From Lama guanicoe (taxonomy: Eukaryota): a stretch of DNA of 64,000 bases. The position numbers were made by a program, and so were the translations under genes. Below are positions 60,501 through 64,000 of the stretch, one piece after another (positions within the stretch are counted from its first letter, which is position 1; every line of letters starts with the position of its first letter). The notes under the pieces are model-generated. The model was not told the origin of the DNA and ran no database searches. It worked only from the letters and a program-made list of their open reading frames with translations. Where the stretch lies: assembly GCA_013239625.1 (NCBI GenBank), contig MU053934.1, positions 3,118,399-3,182,398 of the forward strand, read 5' to 3'.

Positions 60501-61175
60501 AGTTGGAGGGAAGGGCTTTCTAGGTGGAAGGAGCAGTGTAGGCAAAGACCAGAGGGCAGGTCAGTGTGTGGCCCACCTGGACAGCACCCCAGAGTCCTGG
60601 GTGGCTGGTGCTGGGCAGCGTGCGGCTGGGCAGTGCCGGGCAGTGCAGGGGCCTGGCTGTGCAGTGTCGGGGCTGAGCAGCGGGAGATGAGGCTGCAGAG
60701 GATGGCAGGCCTTGGTGGCCGTGGCAGTGCGCTTGCATTTCTCCTGGGGGCACGGGGGAGCCACTGAAAGGTAAACAGAGAAGGGGTGTGGCCAGGTGAG
60801 AAAGGTCACAGTACAGGGGCTGGTTCTGAGGTGCCAAGGTAGGCAGTGGAGGGACAGGTGGAGGGGGGCCAGGTGAGGGGCAGGGTGACAACCTTGACTC
60901 TGAGACAGTGGGGAGACGTGGGTGACAGTGGGTCCTGCTGGCCAAAGAAGACACGGGAGTGGTCGATGGGCTGGGGGCCGTGTCCCAGGAACTTATAGGG
61001 TCTCTTCCCTGGGAGACCCACGCTCCTGTTACAATCCCTGGGAGATGGGTGCCCCTTGTCAGCCCGCCCAGCCCTGAAATCTTTGCACCTGCTCTATTCC
61101 AGAGCCAGCATCACCCGCGTCCCCTTCTACGACCTGGTCTCTGCTCGGAAGAAGAAGATTGCCAGCAAGCAGTGA
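33576..61175 (+). CDS. CYTH4: CYTH4 cytohesin-4, complete 13-exon CDS (394 aa: coiled coil, Sec7, PH, basic tail)
   Basis: join(33576-33594,42086-42168,44174-44238,45693-45759,47227-47345,48569-48649,50049-50161,52161-52309,58046-58157,58974-59050,59402-59473,60014-60168,61103-61175) = 1185 nt, all GT-AG, open frame MDLCHP...RKKKIASKQ*. Sec7 catalytic motif [11 protein letters not shown] is intact. Confidence 0.97.
33720..34090. mobile_element. L2 LINE 3' fragment in CYTH4 intron 1 (similar fragments near 1640, 4940, 47510)
   Basis: GTGCCAAGCTGTGTTCTAGGGGCTGGG..CTTGCCCTCATGAGCTTACCTTCTAG..TTTGAGCAGAGACTTGAAGGA..TGTGCAAAGGCCC motif chain. Confidence 0.7.
38660..40450 (-). mobile_element. Decayed ERVL provirus fragment (pol RNase H/integrase remnants plus partial LTR16-like LTR), antisense in CYTH4 intron 1
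   Basis: Minus ORF 39426-39797 contains [33 protein letters not shown], like ERVL pol; 40290-40450 resembles the reverse complement of an LTR16 5' end (GGGACTCAGCTGTGAGCC..CCCCAGCAGCTG..GAGTGGGTGCCTTGGTCC). Confidence 0.7.
42086..42168 (+). CDS. CYTH4: CYTH4 exon 2 ([28 protein letters not shown])
   Basis: tccag|ACCC...ATCCAG|GTGTGC, 83 nt. Confidence 0.95.
44174..44238 (+). CDS. CYTH4: CYTH4 exon 3 ([22 protein letters not shown])
   Basis: cacag|AAACTC...GAGGAGAG|GTGAGG, 65 nt. Confidence 0.95.
45095..45254 (-). mobile_element. tRNA-derived camelid-type (Vic-1-like) SINE in CYTH4 intron 3
   Basis: Reverse complement GGGGAGGGTATAGCTCAAGTGGTAG..GAGGTCCTGGGTTCAATCCCCAGTACC..TAAACCTAATTACCTCCC plus A-rich tail; Pol III A and B boxes; sits against a MIR fragment. 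Confidence 0.85.
45693..45759 (+). CDS. CYTH4: CYTH4 exon 4 ([22 protein letters not shown])
   Basis: tacag|CCGGATG...GTGAAG|GTGGGC, 67 nt. Confidence 0.95.
47227..47345 (+). CDS. CYTH4: CYTH4 exon 5 ([40 protein letters not shown])
   Basis: tccag|GGCATC...GGGGAGAG|GTAAGG, 119 nt. Confidence 0.96.
48569..48649 (+). CDS. CYTH4: CYTH4 exon 6 ([27 protein letters not shown])
   Basis: tccag|GGACCCT...CCCTCAG|GTGAGT, 81 nt. Confidence 0.96.
50049..50161 (+). CDS. CYTH4: CYTH4 exon 7 ([37 protein letters not shown]), Sec7 glutamate finger
   Basis: cccag|ACAATTC...TCCACAG|GTGCCA, 113 nt. Confidence 0.96.
51330..51471 (+). mobile_element. tRNA-derived camelid-type (Vic-1-like) SINE in CYTH4 intron 7 with 19-bp TSD
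   Basis: B box GGTTCAATCCC; TSD CAAAGTTAAGCCTCCTAGT (51311-51329) / CAAAGTTAAACCTCCTAAT (51472-51490). Confidence 0.9.
52161..52309 (+). CDS. CYTH4: CYTH4 exon 8 ([50 protein letters not shown])
   Basis: tgcag|ACACC...CTACGG|GTAAGA, 149 nt. Confidence 0.96.
58046..58157 (+). CDS. CYTH4: CYTH4 exon 9 ([37 protein letters not shown])
   Basis: ggcag|AACCTC...AAGCTGG|GTGAGA, 112 nt. Confidence 0.96.
58974..59050 (+). CDS. CYTH4: CYTH4 exon 10 ([26 protein letters not shown]), PH domain
   Basis: tgcag|GGGGCCGC...ACCACT|GTGAGT, 77 nt. Confidence 0.96.
59402..59473 (+). CDS. CYTH4: CYTH4 exon 11 ([24 protein letters not shown])
   Basis: tgcag|GACAAG...AAGCCA|GTAGGT, 72 nt. Confidence 0.96.
60014..60168 (+). 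CDS. CYTH4: CYTH4 exon 12 ([52 protein letters not shown])
   Basis: cacag|TTCTGC...ATACG|GTAACG, 155 nt. Confidence 0.96.
61103..61175 (+). CDS. CYTH4: CYTH4 exon 13 coding part ([23 protein letters not shown])
   Basis: tccag|AGCCAGC...AAGCAGTGA, 73 nt including stop. Confidence 0.96.
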
Positions 61176-63079
61176 GATTCTGGGAGGTGGTGCCAGGCGT
61201 CCTGGGAGCCGCATGACGTATGGTCCCTGGAGATGTACCGCCCACCCCAGGGCACCCTTTATCTGGCCGCAGACATCCTCCTTCTCCCCCTTTACTCGGC
61301 GCTGACAGGAGAGAGAGGCTGGGCTCAGGAGGATGGGTCAGAACCACTGAGGGCTCACAGCCCAACCACAAGGCCCAGGGCCCTGGGCACCCAGGAAAGG
61401 CTCCGCCTCCACCCCAAGCCCATCGCAGTAAGGGGTAAGGAAAGCAGCCGAAAGAAACCGGCCAATCCGGCACGCCGTCCTATCTCTGGGCCTCCATTTC
61501 CTCTTCTGTCACATGTCTCCTCACACTCTGAAATGCTGCCAGCCCTCAAAGCAGCAGGGGCCTGAGTGCTTCCAACCGTCCCCCCAGGGCGATGCCTCCT
61601 TCTCCTCAGGGGATTTCTCGGCCGGCCCCTCCCCCATCCTCAGCTGGGGCTTGGCCCTCCCTGCCCAAGCGACACACGTACGCATCTCAGGACCCACAGG
61701 CAGGACCTCAGGGAGATCCCAAGAGCACTGGACCAGGAGCCCAGATGCCACAGACTCAGTCCCAGCTCTGTCTCCAACTTGCTGTGTGCCCTCTGCCAAG
61801 TCACACTCCTTCTCTGGTGCCTAGAAAACTGCGGTGTTTGGATAGGAATGTCTTGGCCCTCTGCTCTGTGCCCCCCACCCCCCAACCTCCAACCTGCCGG
61901 AGATGGCTCAGTGCAGGTCCCAGCAGTGCGTGAACTGGCCACCTCCCTCCTCTCAGACTGCTTCGTCTCGGTAGAAGGCCAGGATTGCACTCCATCTCCC
62001 AAGGAGCTTCTGGCTAATGTCTGCACTTGTTTAAAGAGCTGGGAGAGGGGCTCTGGACTGAAATCTGCTGGGTTGACAAGAGCAGAGTGGCTCCATCCTC
62101 AAGGATGTCCACTTTAGAGGAGAGGCAGGTGGGACTCTTCAAAAAAATGGCAGAGAGCATCCCAGACAGATGTACTCAAGCAGGACTGGTGGTACAACCA
62201 AGAAGCCAAGAAGAGAGTTTTGTGAGCTGTGGTTACCAGGAGGGCTGCCTGGAGGCAGCAGCCACCCAAGTGAGTGACCCAGAAGCTTGGAACAGAGTCT
62301 CAGCTACAGCTTCCCTGCTGGACCACTGACCAGGGATCCTGTGGTGGTGAGCAGCTGCCCCAGCTGGGTCCCAGCATCGTGAGACCCTCTGCAGTAGCAC
62401 CACCAAGAGCGGAGCTGACTTCCCAGCCTACAGGCAGGGGCAGCTCTGTCTCCTGGGAGGGCCCGGCCTGAAGGAGGATTCCACAAACAGGTTTCTTCTC
62501 AGCTGTGCTTCTCACCCCCTGGCACAGGCCCTGGGGGAGCCCCTGGAGGGAAGTTCCCTGGCAGGTATACAGGATATGAGGTTACCTCTGCCCCACTGCC
62601 AGCCTGTGTGGGTGAGCTGGAGCAAGGTGGATTCCCCAGGGGAGGAAAGGCAACTTCTCTGCCTCCACCCCCACACACATATGCATGCCCTCCATGGGGT
62701 CAGGATAGAGTAGCTGCCTTGCGAGTGGTGAGACCCCTGTCTCTGCAGGTGTGCAAGTATCTGGTGATGACATTGCACTGAGGAGGATCTGGTTGGGTGT
62801 CTGCAGGAGGAAGACTGACAGGACCTTTGAGGTCTTCCCCAGACCCCTCGTCAGCCTGGGAGCTGAGCGCCACTTCTGCTGCCTCATTTGGCCCCTGAAG
62901 GAGCAGCCAGGGGGCATGGGCTCTGAAGTCCTCTCCTGCCACTGGAATACATTGGCTGTATGATCTTAATCCAGTCCCTTCCCCTCTCTGGTCCTCAGCT
63001 TCCTCCCCCATCTTTGAGAGGGTGGAATGAGGGATTTTCGGGGCATGAGTGGCTGTTCTGGGAATTATTCAGAATCAAG

Positions 63080-63085
63080 AATAAA
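63080..63085 (+). terminator. CYTH4: Probable CYTH4 polyadenylation signal AATAAA (3'UTR about 1.9 kb)
   Basis: First AATAAA I found after the stop codon, followed by a GT/CT-rich stretch. Confidence 0.7.
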
Positions 63086-64000
63086 GCTCATGATTCAACT
63101 CATGATTGGGGCCCTGTCCTCTCTGTGAGCACATCTGCCCTCCTTGACCCTACCCTGGCCCTTCACCTTCATCCCTCTCCCAGTTGGAGGACAGGAGGGC
63201 CAGACAGGGAGGAGTGGGCACTCAGAGGGCCCCGGACCCTCACCTCCGGGCATGGGGGCCACTGTGCTGGACAGACATTCCCAGGCACTAGATTTGCTTC
63301 AGGGATCCCTCAAAGCAGGGGCAGGGATGCATTTGTTCTGCCAGGGCCAGGGAAACACAAAAGAACTTCCAGATAGGTAGCACTGTCTAAAGAGAAAAAG
63401 AATTGCTGCTCAGGAGACAGGTAATGAGCTCCCTGTCTGGGAGGGATGCAAGTATCAATTAGGTCCAATGATCACTTGAGGTGTTACAGAGGGGCTTGCA
63501 TTTGGTCGTCTTCATTTATTTGTACTTTTTGCACTATTTATGAAGTACCTACAGTACAGGCATGGTGGAACAAGACAGAATCCCTGCCCGCATAGGGCTT
63601 ACGTTCTGGTGGTCCTGAAGTCTAGGACTCCAGAAAGCGCCGTCAGATGTGTAGAGCACTGAGGTGGCCCCCACACCCTAACCCAGCCCCCTGCCTGAAA
63701 TTCCACCATTGAATCACTCTGTTCTACTACGCAGACAGACTGGAGACAGGACTTTGACGACTTTAAAGCACTGAACTGATTGACTTCTCCAGACATACTT
63801 TCATTTGACCCGGACTTATAGAGCACCTGCTATATTCCAGGCTCCACACACAGAACCAGGGATCCAAAGATGATCAAAGTAAAGCCCTTGCCCTCAAAGG
63901 GAGCTTAAATCTGTTGGGGAAGACAGGTGCAAACATGCAGTGACAGCCCCAGCCGACCCATGCTGTTATATAGCGGAACACACAGGCCACTGGAGGGTTG

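Overview
Mammalian (not microbial) genomic DNA, probably from a camelid, judged from two tRNA-derived Vic-1-type SINEs, cetartiodactyl-style L1 3' ends and the absence of Alu/Bov-A2/PRE1. The window is the RAC2-CYTH4 locus. On the minus strand are RAC2 coding exons 1-2 (4586-4552, 2639-2568); the rest of the gene lies left of the window. On the plus strand is a complete, intact 13-exon CYTH4 (cytohesin-4, ARF GEF) gene: ATG at 33576, TGA ending at 61175, 1185-nt CDS / 394 aa reconstructed by hand with GT-AG junctions, and AATAAA at 63080. The two genes are divergent, about 29 kb apart, and the spacer is mostly L1, LTR, MIR/L2 and hAT fossils. Nearly all supplied ORFs are chance frames, partial exons or decayed TE frames. 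I found no convincing new biological system. The best leads are regulatory or RNA-structural: an overlapping double CTCF motif between the promoters, an inverted SINE pair flanking CYTH4 exons 4-7, candidate intronic enhancers, a diglycine-only PH domain, a new in-frame ATG in exon 2, and nested L1 insertions. Repeat family names and human comparisons are from recall, not from a search.
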